Shown here: positions 28,191-38,765 of the stretch, piece by piece
Position numbering within the stretch: the stretch's first letter is position 1
How the letters are laid out: every line of letters starts with the position of its first letter
NCBI GenBank assembly: GCA_963719035.1
Contig: CAVRAO010000002.1
Span: 512,001-576,000 of the forward strand
Source of the DNA: Methanobacteriota archaeon
GTDB lineage: Archaea > Halobacteriota > Bog-38 > Methanoflorentales > Methanoflorentaceae
Direction of reading: 5' to 3'
Length of the DNA: 64,000 nt
Translations under genes and position numbers: made by a program
The notes under the pieces: model-generated
The model's input: only the letters and a program-made list of their open reading frames with translations
Told to the model about the DNA's origin: nothing
Database searches by the model: none

Positions 28191-29132
28191 TTAGCGATGC
28201 TCCCAATCCTGCAACGTGGTAGGGCTCGGGCTTTTGGCTTTTTCCTCAGCGTCGATTTCGGATGCTCGTATTCCGAGGAGCTCCATGAGCGTGAGTGCAT
28301 TATGTGGCGCGTTCCCGCGCGGATGGTTATTGAAATAAACCCAGACCGACCTCGTCCCGCCTAAATCGGCCTTCATCTTTGTTATCCGCCCTTTCCACGG
28401 TTCGAGTTCCTCCTCGGTGTATATATAATCGTACCGTACCGACCGATCAGGGCCCTCACCTTTGTGCTTTTTAAACCACTCTTCAGTGTTTCTGCCGTGC
28501 AACCGTATGTACGCCCCCGTTCTTGCAGCGGAATCCGTTATCACCGTGGGAAATGACGGCCCATCCACAATGCAAAGCCCGACGTTGTTGCGTTCGAGCA
28601 CCTCCTTCGTTCCTGGCTCCAGCTCTTGCCGTGTCACATCGAGCCACGAGACATGTCGAAACTCTACAAAATAGGCATATTCGTCTGTGTTTAGCTTGTT
28701 AAAGAACGCATCAAGCTTTTCCAAGTTGTCAGTCCTATAACCGTGCTCAATACGTTTGACGTAAGGGGTAAGTTGGACAAGAATGGCACCAAGCAACTCA
28801 TTTTGATGCATTGGAGAGACAACGGCGCGCTCAAATTCGGAGGCTAATGCGTCTAGCTCATTAAGTTCATAAAATCGCGGGAACTTTAACGAGTACTCGA
28901 ACCCTTCGTGCTTCTTGCCCTTCTCGATCCAGATATCGGTAAGCCTCTGGTTGGGGATGTTATAATACGTGCTGTTAATTTCGACCGTTTGAAAGAGGCT
29001 GGCGTAATAATCAAGCCATTTTGGTTTTTCATCATTTGGATAGAAAGGACCGACCCAGTCGTCGTAGCTCCATCCGCTTGTCCCAACCTTTATCTGATCA
29101 CGCAAGTGGCTTGCCCGTGTGAACGCGCCCAC
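28191..29132 (-). CDS. DUF72 family protein
   Basis: VGTSGWSY, VEINSTYY, EFRH.SW, YIRLHGRN, YDY.Y and YFNNH motifs. Confidence 0.92.
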   Translation of the reverse strand: MGAFTRASHLRDQIKVGTSGWSYDDWVGPFYPNDEKPKWLDYYASLFQTVEINSTYYNIPNQRLTDIWIEKGKKHEGFEYSLKFPRFYELNELDALASEFERAVVSPMHQNELLGAILVQLTPYVKRIEHGYRTDNLEKLDAFFNKLNTDEYAYFVEFRHVSWLDVTRQELEPGTKEVLERNNVGLCIVDGPSFPTVITDSAARTGAYIRLHGRNTEEWFKKHKGEGPDRSVRYDYIYTEEELEPWKGRITKMKADLGGTRSVWVYFNNHPRGNAPHNALTLMELLGIRASEIDAEEKAKSPSPTTLQDWEHR

Positions 29133-29385
29133 GTTTAGCTCCTATGTTGATACCACAGTACCAACCACACAAAGTAATTGACGCTCAACTTTATGAACCC
29201 TGTGACGATGCCCCAATTCTAGTCGAGCCAAAAAGGCGCCTGAAGCTATGCAAGCTTGCGTGCGCCACCTACCCACTATTTCTGCACACCTCGTTGCCTT
29301 ATTTTCAGCAGCACCTCGAGACTGAAGCTAGCACGCGTGACCGGCTTCAAAACCCTTAAATAGCAACCAAATGAAAGGATAGGCT

Positions 29386-29634
29386 GTGAACGTAAAAGCT
29401 TATACGCTCAGTACATGCCCGCATTGTCGCATGACAAAGGAGTTTCTTAGCGACAACAACGTTGATTTTGAGTACGTTGACGTCGACTTGTTGACTGGTG
29501 AAAAACGCACTGAAGTTCTCCGTGAGGTTTATCGACTAACCGGCGCGTATTCGTTTCCGGTCATCGTTGTGGGTGATGCCGTAATCGTCGGGTTCAACAA
29601 AGAGAAGCTGCAAAAAGTGTTGGAGCTCACGTAA
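29386..29634 (+). CDS. Glutaredoxin/NrdH-like protein
   Basis: CPHC, SFPVI and VGF motifs. Confidence 0.9.
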   Translation: MNVKAYTLSTCPHCRMTKEFLSDNNVDFEYVDVDLLTGEKRTEVLREVYRLTGAYSFPVIVVGDAVIVGFNKEKLQKVLELT

Positions 29635-29792
29635 CCGCTGCAAAATGCAGCTGCTCTAAACAGGAGCGTTATTACGAAAGTGTGCCAAGCATTGCGAAGT
29701 TTATGCAGCACGCTTGTCTTATTTGTTGAGACTTGTTGGGTAACGCGCTGACTATCTCATATGTTGTTCAAGGCAGTTTGCAAGGAGGAAAA

Positions 29793-30104
29793 ATGGCAGG
29801 TTGTATAGAACAGATGGACTATGAGATCCTGCTGAAGAACGCCTCTTTCAAACAGTCAACGCATTATATCAGCGAACATGCCAAAGAAGTGTATTACGTG
29901 GGTGCTGGATTCAAGGTCTTTGACCGGCGTTTAATCGGGCTTCCACCGGTGCCAGTCGGAATCGGTCCCTCCTACATCATGCTCACCTACGTCAAACCGT
30001 GCCACGGGTCCTTCGTTCTAAAAATGCCTCGTGACGAAGAAGAAGTAGCCAGAATCGTTGCTGAGGATAAGAAGTATAAAGATAAACGCAAGCGCGTTGG
30101 TTAG
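29793..30104 (+). CDS. DUF1894 family protein
   Basis: GC.E...YEILL...SF, IG.PP.PVG and KPCHG.F motifs, with AGGAGG RBS. Confidence 0.8.
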   Translation: MAGCIEQMDYEILLKNASFKQSTHYISEHAKEVYYVGAGFKVFDRRLIGLPPVPVGIGPSYIMLTYVKPCHGSFVLKMPRDEEEVARIVAEDKKYKDKRKRVG

Positions 30105-30272
30105 CGCACACGTATTTTCAGCGTGCCCGTCTTGGCAATCCTATGTTATGACCTCACCGCTTAGGTCACTCTATTCTCAAGCGATCAGAGCCTTCCTGAT
30201 TATGTAAACAGCGCTTTTTTAGTCTTCCGTTCTACTGATCCCGCAACATTCTCAACTTATAAAGCGGGCAGA

Positions 30273-30743
30273 TCAGATTCGGGTCGCCCGGGATTTATGC
30301 CCGATGCCCTCAACGTAGTCTTTCAATGCACGTAGCTGCACCCTCAACAGTCGTTCTGTAGAACTGCTAATAAAGTGGTTGCGATAATCGGAGTTAGTAT
30401 CCGCAAACACTTCAGTCGCAGAAACGATCGTTTTGGGGCCGAACGGCCTAAATTCGTACGTCGTCGTCCCGCTCGAACCAAGAACCTCACCACTTAAGAC
30501 AATCTTCCTTCCCGGTAGCACCTGTTGCACAAACGAGCGAGTGGTTGCTTGAATTGGAGTGAACTCAGTTTTATATCGCATGACAAACGCACCTCCGGGC
30601 GCCCATATATTTCCTCCCGAGATACCTGTGACTCCAAGGATTAGTGGATTCCATTCGCTCCAGCGATGAATGTCTGTGAACACTTCCCACACGAGCTGTG
30701 ACGTGGCGCTCACATCGGTCGTAGCTGAAACGCGAATGGGCAC
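30273..30743 (-). CDS. SRPBCC family protein
   Basis: VW.V.TD...W.EWNP and a C-terminal helix L..LK..VE. Confidence 0.8.
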   Translation of the reverse strand: MPIRVSATTDVSATSQLVWEVFTDIHRWSEWNPLILGVTGISGGNIWAPGGAFVMRYKTEFTPIQATTRSFVQQVLPGRKIVLSGEVLGSSGTTTYEFRPFGPKTIVSATEVFADTNSDYRNHFISSSTERLLRVQLRALKDYVEGIGHKSRATRI

Positions 30744-30982
30744 AACACGTCGTTAGCGGTCAAAGAAGATAAGACTTAGGAAATAGCAAGCGTTGAGTTT
30801 CCTTGGGGCCCAACAAAAACGTTGTAGGCGCCTCCGGATCAGAAGGTAATATCTATACTTCAAAGCAACCGCGTGATCCCACTATCGCACTCACAAGCAC
30901 GCCCAACCCCGCGTCGTTACCACGCGCAGCTGGCGAAGTTATTTACGTGCGCAATCACAGAATTCGACAGCGGTGATATTAG

Positions 30983-31123
30983 TTGGCAAAATGGATTTGC
31001 AGTATCTGTGAGTATGTCTATGATGAAGAAGTGGAGGGTGTTCCGTTCAGTGAACTCCCTGACGATTGGGTCTGTCCCGCTTGTGGCGTTGACAAGTCCT
31101 TGTTTGAAGAAGAGCGCGACTGA
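30983..31123 (+). CDS. Rubredoxin (46 aa)
   Basis: Hand translation [46 protein letters not shown], with GGTGA RBS and TTG start. Confidence 0.92.
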   Translation: MAKWICSICEYVYDEEVEGVPFSELPDDWVCPACGVDKSLFEEERD

Positions 31124-31325
31124 AAAATAAGGCTTGCGCATTTTTAGCTTTTTTGCTTCCGCTGATTGCCGCTGTCCCGTTAAGAATTGGACAGCGTTTT
31201 TCTTTTCACGCTCTTTTTATTATAGACTCAACACCGCAGCTAAGAAGATTAACGGGTTCGCTGCTGGTTCTCCTTTTGAAAGCTGACCAGCAGCGTATGA
31301 ATATTTACAGCAGCAGCTTAAGTTC

Positions 31326-32855
31326 TTAGGAAATGCCAATGAACGCCCGAGCGATTTGCTCCTCTTCCGGTTGCTTTGTCATCAAGCTCACGACGATGAG
31401 CAATATGAAGGAGAGCGGGATCGCGACAAAGAGCGGATCGAGCAGGCCAAGCGGGGCTGCTACGTTGACTCCAGTTATTTTGGGCGCTGTTTTCGAGTAC
31501 ACAAACATGTACCACAACAACGTTGCTGCAAGTCCGCCGACCATGCTAGCGATGACCCCTAATGTCGTTGCTCGTTTCCAATAGAGGGCAGCTGCAAACG
31601 GAGCAAGGAACGTCGCACCGAGAGCGCCAAAAGCAAACGTGCAAAGAAACGCAACGGCGTCAGGCGGGTACAGGGAAAGCAGCAAGGTAACTACGATGAC
31701 AATCAGGGTCGCGACTTTTGTGACAGTCATCGTGGCAGCACCGCCGAGACCCCTCTTGATAGTTTTATCGTAAAGGTCGCGCCCAACCGCAGAGCCGCTT
31801 GTGTGGAATAACGCACTCGCTGTTGACATAGAAGCTGAGAGGATAGCAAACATGAAGAGGTAAACGAACCATATAGGGAACACTGTGTTTATCAGCGTAG
31901 GCATCACCAGATCTGCGTTTGTTGGGACGGTTATGCCGTTGTTGTTGAAGATCACGTTAGAGAGTGCGCCCACAGTGAACGCGATGTAGGTCGTGAAGAA
32001 GATAAAGAGTACACCGATCGGAACGCCTTTTCGGATCGCTCGTGCGTTCTTTGCTGTCATAAAGCGTATTGCGAGCTGTGGTTGTGCGAGGACACCTATA
32101 CCGACCCCAAATATAAGGGAGCTAACGATCATGAACGACGGGGAGCCAAATGAGGACATTGACGTGAGGCCATTTGGAGCCATCTTTGCGGGTCCGAGGG
32201 CAGCAAGTGATTCGGTCGCGGCTATCGGGCCACCGAGAGAGGCCCAAACTAACGCAAGGAGGATACCAAGGCCGATAACCATGATAAAACCTTGCACAGT
32301 ATCGGTCCAAAGAACAGCAAATAGGCCGCCGAGCAAAACGTAGACGGCAACAATCACCGTAAATGCAATGATAGACAGCTCGTATGATGTCCCGAAGGTG
32401 ACTTGAATGAGGCTCGCGGTTGCTTTGAAAACGGCAGTCGTGTACGCGACGATGAAGATCGCGATCACGACGCCGCCAAAACCTTGAATGAAGCGCGAGT
32501 TGAAGCGCTTTGCGAGGAGTTCCGTAAAAGTGAGGGCTTGCAGGGTCTTGCTCATAACGCGGGTGCGGTTGCCGAAGACGATGAATGCGATGAGAATACC
32601 GACAACGATGTTGAGCACGGAGAGCCATAGAAGTTGCATGCCATAAACCTGAGCTTGTCCAGCAAAACCGATGATGGCAACTGCACTGATGAACGTCGCG
32701 CCATATGACATAGCAACGACTAATGGGCCGACTCGTCGACCGGCGACTAGCCAGTCTTGTGCGTTTTTCGTCGCCTTATAGCCCCGGTAACCAATGTAGA
32801 TCATTACAGCCGAATAGATTGCGAGCATAACGGAGAAGACGACTACATCTGCCAT
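31326..32855 (-). CDS. Sodium:solute symporter family protein
   Basis: AGR..GP, ATFISA...IG, WTD.VQG, QPQLA.RF and ASMST motifs, ~13 TMs. Confidence 0.93.
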   Translation of the reverse strand: MADVVVFSVMLAIYSAVMIYIGYRGYKATKNAQDWLVAGRRVGPLVVAMSYGATFISAVAIIGFAGQAQVYGMQLLWLSVLNIVVGILIAFIVFGNRTRVMSKTLQALTFTELLAKRFNSRFIQGFGGVVIAIFIVAYTTAVFKATASLIQVTFGTSYELSIIAFTVIVAVYVLLGGLFAVLWTDTVQGFIMVIGLGILLALVWASLGGPIAATESLAALGPAKMAPNGLTSMSSFGSPSFMIVSSLIFGVGIGVLAQPQLAIRFMTAKNARAIRKGVPIGVLFIFFTTYIAFTVGALSNVIFNNNGITVPTNADLVMPTLINTVFPIWFVYLFMFAILSASMSTASALFHTSGSAVGRDLYDKTIKRGLGGAATMTVTKVATLIVIVVTLLLSLYPPDAVAFLCTFAFGALGATFLAPFAAALYWKRATTLGVIASMVGGLAATLLWYMFVYSKTAPKITGVNVAAPLGLLDPLFVAIPLSFILLIVVSLMTKQPEEEQIARAFIGIS

Positions 32856-32978
32856 TTACGCTTCCTCCTCTTCATTATCCTCTTTTTGCGGCCACAATCC
32901 ATAGACGATGCCAAACACGACGCTAAGATAAATGATTAAAACAGCTGTGAAAACCCACACATCCATGCCCAAAATCAT
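32856..32978 (-). CDS. Symporter small accessory membrane protein (40 aa)
   Basis: MILGMDVWVFTAVLIIYLSVVFGIVYGLWPQKEDNEEEEA, with GGAGG RBS, abutting the symporter ATG. Confidence 0.82.
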   Translation of the reverse strand: MILGMDVWVFTAVLIIYLSVVFGIVYGLWPQKEDNEEEEA

Positions 32979-33246
32979 CACGCTAAATCCTCCGATTGCT
33001 AATGTCTGCATTCGGCGTTGCAGAGTGATATACCATGCTACAAAGTAGCAAAGTCGCGCGCATATACGTACAAATACTACTTAAGGTTTTTGAAATATGC
33101 GTGCTTACAGCAGTCTAATGGCGTTTCGCCCTCTGTAGTCCACGCATTTAGCGCGAAAGGCTCTGCAACCGCGAAAAGTAGTTTACACTTTTTAAATATG
33201 CCTGCTTTTTATAGATAAGCGGCACAAACAGACATAAAGAATTGAC

Positions 33247-33900
33247 ATGGCAGCACGAGAAGCAGTATCACCAAAGGAGATAGGAAACGAGCTCAAAAAG
33301 CTTGCAAAGCAGCACCGTGTTGAGCTGTCCTTTATTCATCCAAAAGACGTTGAAGTACGTAACTGGGTCAGATGGAAATGTCAGTTTGGCTGCAAAGGTT
33401 ATGGAAAGCATTTAAGTTGTCCTCCCTATGTTCCTGGGCCCTATGAGACGCGGGCGCTCTTGCAGGAGTACGAACGGGCATACATCGTCCATTTCAGCGG
33501 TATTCCCGGCATGCCAACGATTGACCCTAAAGACATACCCGAGAATTGGCATCCTTTTCTGCGAGAACTCATCTTGTGGATAGCAGAGACGATGTATTCG
33601 CTCGAACAACACGCGTTCTACGGCGGCTATTATAAAGCATTAGCATTTGCGGCGTATCCGTGCGCATATTGTGAAGATTGTGTTGCTGAGGAGTCCAAGG
33701 GCATCGTCGACGTGTCGCTTAAGAGGGATTGTCGTCACGCAGAACGAGTGCGAACGTCGATGGAAGCCGCTGGAATTGACGTCTACGCAACAGTCTCAAA
33801 GATAGGCTTTCCTATTGACGTTATTCCCTGCGAGGACAACGTATACGGGAAAATTCAGCACGCCAATATCAATTCATATGGCCTGCTACTTCTCGACTGA
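33247..33900 (+). CDS. DUF2284 metal-binding protein
   Basis: KC..GC..YG..L.CPP, C..C..C and R.SMEA.GIDV..T motifs. Confidence 0.88.
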   Translation: MAAREAVSPKEIGNELKKLAKQHRVELSFIHPKDVEVRNWVRWKCQFGCKGYGKHLSCPPYVPGPYETRALLQEYERAYIVHFSGIPGMPTIDPKDIPENWHPFLRELILWIAETMYSLEQHAFYGGYYKALAFAAYPCAYCEDCVAEESKGIVDVSLKRDCRHAERVRTSMEAAGIDVYATVSKIGFPIDVIPCEDNVYGKIQHANINSYGLLLLD

Positions 33901-34780
33901 CTTTCATATCAATAGGGGTGGCAGTTGGGCAACTGACGGATGTTCAACTATGTTTTGTTCTTGCTTGGCAAAAATGAGCAGTAAAGGCTTTTCTTCGTCA
34001 AGCGCAGCTTTAAATTGCCCAATTTCTAGCTTTGGATGGAAGGCTGGAAGCGATAATCTATAGTTTAACTCGTACTTATCAACTCGACTTTTTTTTAGCT
34101 CTGGGCCCGTGTTTAACCTTTTGTCCTAAAGATACCGTAAACAAGTAAGCTCGTCTAAAATCAAATATAGTTACGAAATGCCTTTACATGGCGGTGGATT
34201 ATAGCGAAAAAGGAGTCCATCTCTAAAAAAGACACTTATCAGCGTGAAACCCTTTTATGTTCGCTACGCTGCGTATTTAGCATGAGCGCGGCTGGTGCAG
34301 ACTCACTTAAGGGCACAGAAGCATTCGCGACGTAACTTTTGAGCTTGATAGAGGGTTCTCTACCGAAATCGGATAGGTTGTTTTCGAGGTCAATGATGAA
34401 CACTATGAGCGTTGCTGCGGCGTGATCGGCACGTTCAATAGCTACGTAACCCTCAGACTAATCCGGTTTGCACGTTCTCAGAGACCATGCCGAATACAAG
34501 GATTCTTCGACGACGGAAAACAAACGAGGAAACGCATGCTTGACGACATAGCCTTTACTGAGATTTTCGTTCTAGACGTATGTGGCTTTGTCAGCTTTAG
34601 TGCTAGCATTATCGCCTAGAAGCATCAAAAAATACCTGGTCTTTACTCACAGCTTTGTTCAACGAAAGAGGAACTTCAAGACTTGCTAGCGCTTCGCTTT
34701 CCTGCAGTCTTTCGAAATATCATCGCTGCAGCATCGCCTAACGTGCCATTTCCTCCATCTTGAAATGCTAAGGCACAGCA

Positions 34781-35239
34781 TTAGGGTCGAGAAGGCCGAA
34801 CGATCATGACGCATTTGTCTGCATTACGCATTACTTCGGTGAGCGTCCCGCCCAAGAGACGTCTTGCTGGTGAGAGGCTCTTTCTGTCCCCAAGGATAAC
34901 GAGATCGTATTTGCCATCGTGTAACTCGTCCAATATCTCCTCACCAGCCGGGCCCTCCCGAACGATTGCGTGTACAATAAGGCCGAACCCGCGCATATAT
35001 TCGCACAGGGGAAGAACAAAGATCTTCTTTGCTGCTTCTTTCTCTGAATCAACGTCTTCAAAGAGCTCTTCAATTCGCTCCAGGTCTTCTTTATAGATCC
35101 TTTTGTAACTGTCGTAGATACCATGCTCTTCAAGCACGTATAAGAGCGTATACTCGATATCGTTCCGAAGCGCACCTACTGCGCACTTAAATCCCTCATT
35201 CGTGACTGGTGATCCATCAACGCAGATGAGGGCTTTCAT
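34781..35239 (-). CDS. Universal stress protein
   Basis: MKALICVDGS, EG...EEI and DLVILG motifs. Start adjusted. Confidence 0.85.
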   Translation of the reverse strand: MKALICVDGSPVTNEGFKCAVGALRNDIEYTLLYVLEEHGIYDSYKRIYKEDLERIEELFEDVDSEKEAAKKIFVLPLCEYMRGFGLIVHAIVREGPAGEEILDELHDGKYDLVILGDRKSLSPARRLLGGTLTEVMRNADKCVMIVRPSRP

Positions 35240-35262
35240 ATGACCACCATGGCTAAGTTCCA

Positions 35263-36570
35263 TTAGTAAAACCCCACAAGGTATTTTATATAAAGGAGGA
35301 GATTGCAGAGCACGAGGGCTATCAATGTGGGCGGAGCCGCAATTTTTATCCATCGGACCCACCCCATACGCGTCCCGTGTTTCTCCAGCGAGTTATAGGC
35401 TACGACGTTCGCCGACGCGCCAATGGGGGTCAGATTGCCTCCAATGTCAGTACCTAATGACACTGCCCACACCATCATGGACATTGCAAGGATCGAAGGA
35501 ACAACCGACATATCCCGGATGACGTAGCTCATGGTCAGAGCAAATGGCACGTTGTCGACCACGGCGCTCGCAAAGCCCGATCCCCAAAGGAGCAAGGACA
35601 TTAGCACCACGTTGTTGCCAGCTGCAACGCGGACCAGTCCGCTGGCAAACGCTGATATCACGCCCGTTTTTTCAAGCGCTCCGACGATAATAAAGAGTCC
35701 AATAAAGAACAGGAGTACATCATAGTCGACCTTCTTAAGGGTGTTCTCAGTCTCTCGTCCTCCAAGGAGCAGGAGGAAGAAGGCCGGAATCAGTGCAGCG
35801 AGGGGAACGGTTATCGGAATATTCCATATTTGTTGAATGTATTCGTGAGTGATGAGGAGGGTTATTGCCGCAAAAAGGGCGCCAAGACCAAGGCGAAGTA
35901 GCCATTTGTTGGTGATTGTGCGCTCTGGACGAATCGCAGAGAGCGCAGAGGTGTCGATCGCAATGGAAGGCGTCACGTTTTTTCGCTGCATGAAAAAGAG
36001 CACCCCTACCGCGAGCAGAGTGGCGACTACAGCGATAGGACCGTTATTTATGGCAAAATCGTTAAATCCAAATCCGAGTTGGGTTCCGAGAATAACGTTC
36101 GGCGGATCTCCGACTAGCGTTGACGAACCACCGATGTTGGCGATGACTACCTCACCGACGACGAGTGGAACCGGGTCTATCTTCAGAATTTTTGCTATCT
36201 CGATAGTGAGTGTGGCTAGAAAAAGCATGACGGTGATGCTGTCGACGAAAGCTGCGAGCAGGCCAGCGAGGAGTGGGAAAACGATAAGCATCGTCTGCGG
36301 GTTGTAATTGAGCCTCTTAGCGACGACAAATGAGAGGTACGAAAAGAACCCCGCGTCGGACAACACAATAACGATGACGAACATCCCGAGCAGGAGGCCA
36401 ATCGTCTCCCAGTTGACGTAGTTGATAGCTTCGTTTAGGTCTAAGATGCCGAGGACGAGCAGGAAAATGCTTCCAGCACCGACGATGATGGTTCTGTTGA
36501 TCTTCTCTGTCGCTAAAATGCCGTACACTACAAGGAAGGTCAAAATGGCAATGATAGCGGATGATTCCAT
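35263..36570 (-). CDS. ArsB/NhaD (SLC13/CitMHS-like) transporter
   Basis: W.TIGLL.GM, ANIGG..TLVGDPPN, DNVPF and GGN.TPIGASAN motifs. Confidence 0.9.
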   Translation of the reverse strand: MESSAIIAILTFLVVYGILATEKINRTIIVGAGSIFLLVLGILDLNEAINYVNWETIGLLLGMFVIVIVLSDAGFFSYLSFVVAKRLNYNPQTMLIVFPLLAGLLAAFVDSITVMLFLATLTIEIAKILKIDPVPLVVGEVVIANIGGSSTLVGDPPNVILGTQLGFGFNDFAINNGPIAVVATLLAVGVLFFMQRKNVTPSIAIDTSALSAIRPERTITNKWLLRLGLGALFAAITLLITHEYIQQIWNIPITVPLAALIPAFFLLLLGGRETENTLKKVDYDVLLFFIGLFIIVGALEKTGVISAFASGLVRVAAGNNVVLMSLLLWGSGFASAVVDNVPFALTMSYVIRDMSVVPSILAMSMMVWAVSLGTDIGGNLTPIGASANVVAYNSLEKHGTRMGWVRWIKIAAPPTLIALVLCNLLLYIKYLVGFY

Positions 36571-36868
36571 CGTGGTTACGTCTCCGTTGAAGAAACGGCT
36601 CCTACAGTTTTGATTATCGTGAAAGAACCTTTACGATATAGACGTTTCATATTGATCCGCGTTCGCATGCACATTCCGTGCAATAACTATCTTCACATCT
36701 TTTTCGGTTGCTTCAATCAAAAAAGCGCGGCGCCACAACAATGAAATTTCGCAATCTGGGCATTTATTCGCTAAGCGGGAAAAAAGCTTTAAACCTTAAA
36801 GCCGGATTGGTTATTGCTTGCGTTTACCTTTCCTGCTTTTTTGCTAGAACTGCTCTTAAGAGCGACCT

Positions 36869-37085
36869 TTGACGCGTGTATCCCCGACTGCTGCGCTATT
36901 TGCAGGTCATAATGGGGAATTACCAGACGTCATTGGAGGAAATGCTACGTGAAGTCTCAGAACTTATGAAGAACGCTACGTCTGACATTCAGTACGAAAT
37001 ATTCAACATTACTCGTGATGGCAACATCACTAAGTTCGTATCGTCGCGCCAAGATGCAGGTGCGACCATATCGGGGAAAAAATGA
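36869..37085 (+). pseudogene. ipk: C-terminal remnant of isopentenyl phosphate kinase
   Basis: ...PDVIGG[+1 frameshift at 36941]MLREVSEL...IFN....NI.KF.....G.TI matches the IPK DVTGGM..KV.EL..IFN..GT.I tail, at the expected position before fni-rnj. Confidence 0.65.
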
Positions 37086-37291
37086 CGACCAACAGAAAAA
37101 TCGAGCACCTTATGATCTGCGCTATAAGCGAGATCACAGCAATAACCGAAGAATTAAGAGTCGCAACGTTACTGACGGGACGTGCGACACTCGCCGCTCT
37201 TAAAAAATGTCCGCCTATAATCACCGGCGATGCCAAAGAAACATTGCAGCACCGCGGAGTTGACCTAACAGAGCTTCATGTGAGGAGGTAG
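37082..37291 (+). pseudogene. fni: Type-2 isopentenyl-diphosphate isomerase with large in-frame internal deletion
   Basis: N-terminal MTTNRKIEHLMICA fused directly to C-terminal EELRVA..LTG..TLAALKK.P.IITG..KE.L..RG. Confidence 0.82.
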
Positions 37292-37295
37292 TGTC

Positions 37296-38636
37296 GTGGA
37301 GGTAGAAGTTAACGCAATTGGCGGCTACGAAGAAGTCGGGCGCAATATGACTGCTATTCGGGTGAAAAAAGATATCGTAGTCATAGATATGGGCCTCAGG
37401 CTCGACAGGATTGCGATTCACGAGGATGCAGAAATAGAGAAGATGCATCCTCCTGACTTAATCAAGATGGGCGCGATCCCAAATGACGCACCGCTAAGCA
37501 AATCCAGGAAGGCTGTAAAGGCGATAATCTGCACGCACGGACATCTTGATCATATAGGGGCGATTCCAAAGCTGGCTTACAGATATGACGCCCCAATAAT
37601 CGCGACACCGTTTACCGCTGAGCTGATAGCGCAACAGATCCACTCCGAGAAGAAGTTCCGCGTTGAGAATCCCCTCTATAGGCTTGAAGCGGGACGCGTG
37701 TACCAAATAACTCCTGATATCGCAGTTGAATTCGTAAAAGCGACGCACAGTATACCCGATGCAGTATTCGCCGTGCTGCATACGCCGGCCGGCGCGATTG
37801 TTTATGCGAACGATTTCAAGCTCGATCGCACTCCTGTGATTGGCAAACCCCCCGACTTCAATCGCCTTAAAAGTCTGGGAAAAGAGGGGGTGCTCGCTTT
37901 GATCGTAGAAAGCACTCGAGTAAAGGAGGCCGGCAAAACCCCGTCAGAACAGATTGCTAAAGACCTAGTTCGCGACGTACTCCTTGGAACTGAAGAAGAA
38001 GACAAAGGGGTGCTTGTCACGACGTTTTCGTCACATATCTCCCGCGTAAAGACAATACTTGAAGCGGCTCAAGAGATGGACCGACGCCCACTGCTTCTCG
38101 GTCGCTCTATGAAGCGATACGTGGGAACGGCTGAAAGGATGGGATATATAGAGCTGCCAAATGACGTTGGTGTGTACGGAAACCGGAGATCGGTAGATAA
38201 AATATTGACACGAGTTGCGCAGGAGGGGAAAGAAAAATACCTACCAATAATCACGGGACACCAAGGAGAGCCCGGAGCTATGCTCACCAGGGTCGCAAGT
38301 GAACTTACGCCCTATCAAGTTACGCCTGGCGACAAGATAGTGTTCTCTGCGGGGGTGATCCCCAACCCTCTCAACGAGGCAAACAGATATTCGCTCGAAA
38401 CAAAGCTTAAAATGCGCGGTGCGCGCCTCTACACTGACGTGCATACGGGGGGCCATGCGGCCCGCGAAGACCACTGGGAGATGATCAAGATGCTCAAACC
38501 AAGCCACATATTTCCAACGCACGGATATCTCTCGATGACGAGTTCCTACGTAGAACTAGCTGAAGACGCGGGTTATAGCCTGAGGGACAATATTCACCTT
38601 TTAAGAAACGGCCAGAACATTTCAGTAAAAACTTAA
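37296..38636 (+). CDS. rnj: Archaeal RNase J (beta-CASP)
   Basis: GGYEEVGRNMT, THGHLDHIG, HSIPD, DFK.D, TGHQGEP and H.GGHA motifs. Confidence 0.95.
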   Translation: MEVEVNAIGGYEEVGRNMTAIRVKKDIVVIDMGLRLDRIAIHEDAEIEKMHPPDLIKMGAIPNDAPLSKSRKAVKAIICTHGHLDHIGAIPKLAYRYDAPIIATPFTAELIAQQIHSEKKFRVENPLYRLEAGRVYQITPDIAVEFVKATHSIPDAVFAVLHTPAGAIVYANDFKLDRTPVIGKPPDFNRLKSLGKEGVLALIVESTRVKEAGKTPSEQIAKDLVRDVLLGTEEEDKGVLVTTFSSHISRVKTILEAAQEMDRRPLLLGRSMKRYVGTAERMGYIELPNDVGVYGNRRSVDKILTRVAQEGKEKYLPIITGHQGEPGAMLTRVASELTPYQVTPGDKIVFSAGVIPNPLNEANRYSLETKLKMRGARLYTDVHTGGHAAREDHWEMIKMLKPSHIFPTHGYLSMTSSYVELAEDAGYSLRDNIHLLRNGQNISVKT

Positions 38637-38765
38637 ACGCCAGGAGGAAAGACTCCTAGAGCCGTATATCGTTAGCGAAATCGTAGCGCTCTCACGAAGA
38701 TGCCAAAAATGAGTAGTTTAAGCCGGTGCAAAACGAGGAAAGCGGGATCACGCGCGGAACCGCTG

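Noticed and set aside
30873-31141. ORF-track 85-aa and 74-aa ORFs
   Set aside because: Alternative frames overlapping the real rubredoxin at 30983-31123
33904-34125. ~73-codon open frame on the minus strand
   Set aside because: No start codon near its 5' end and no convincing family motif
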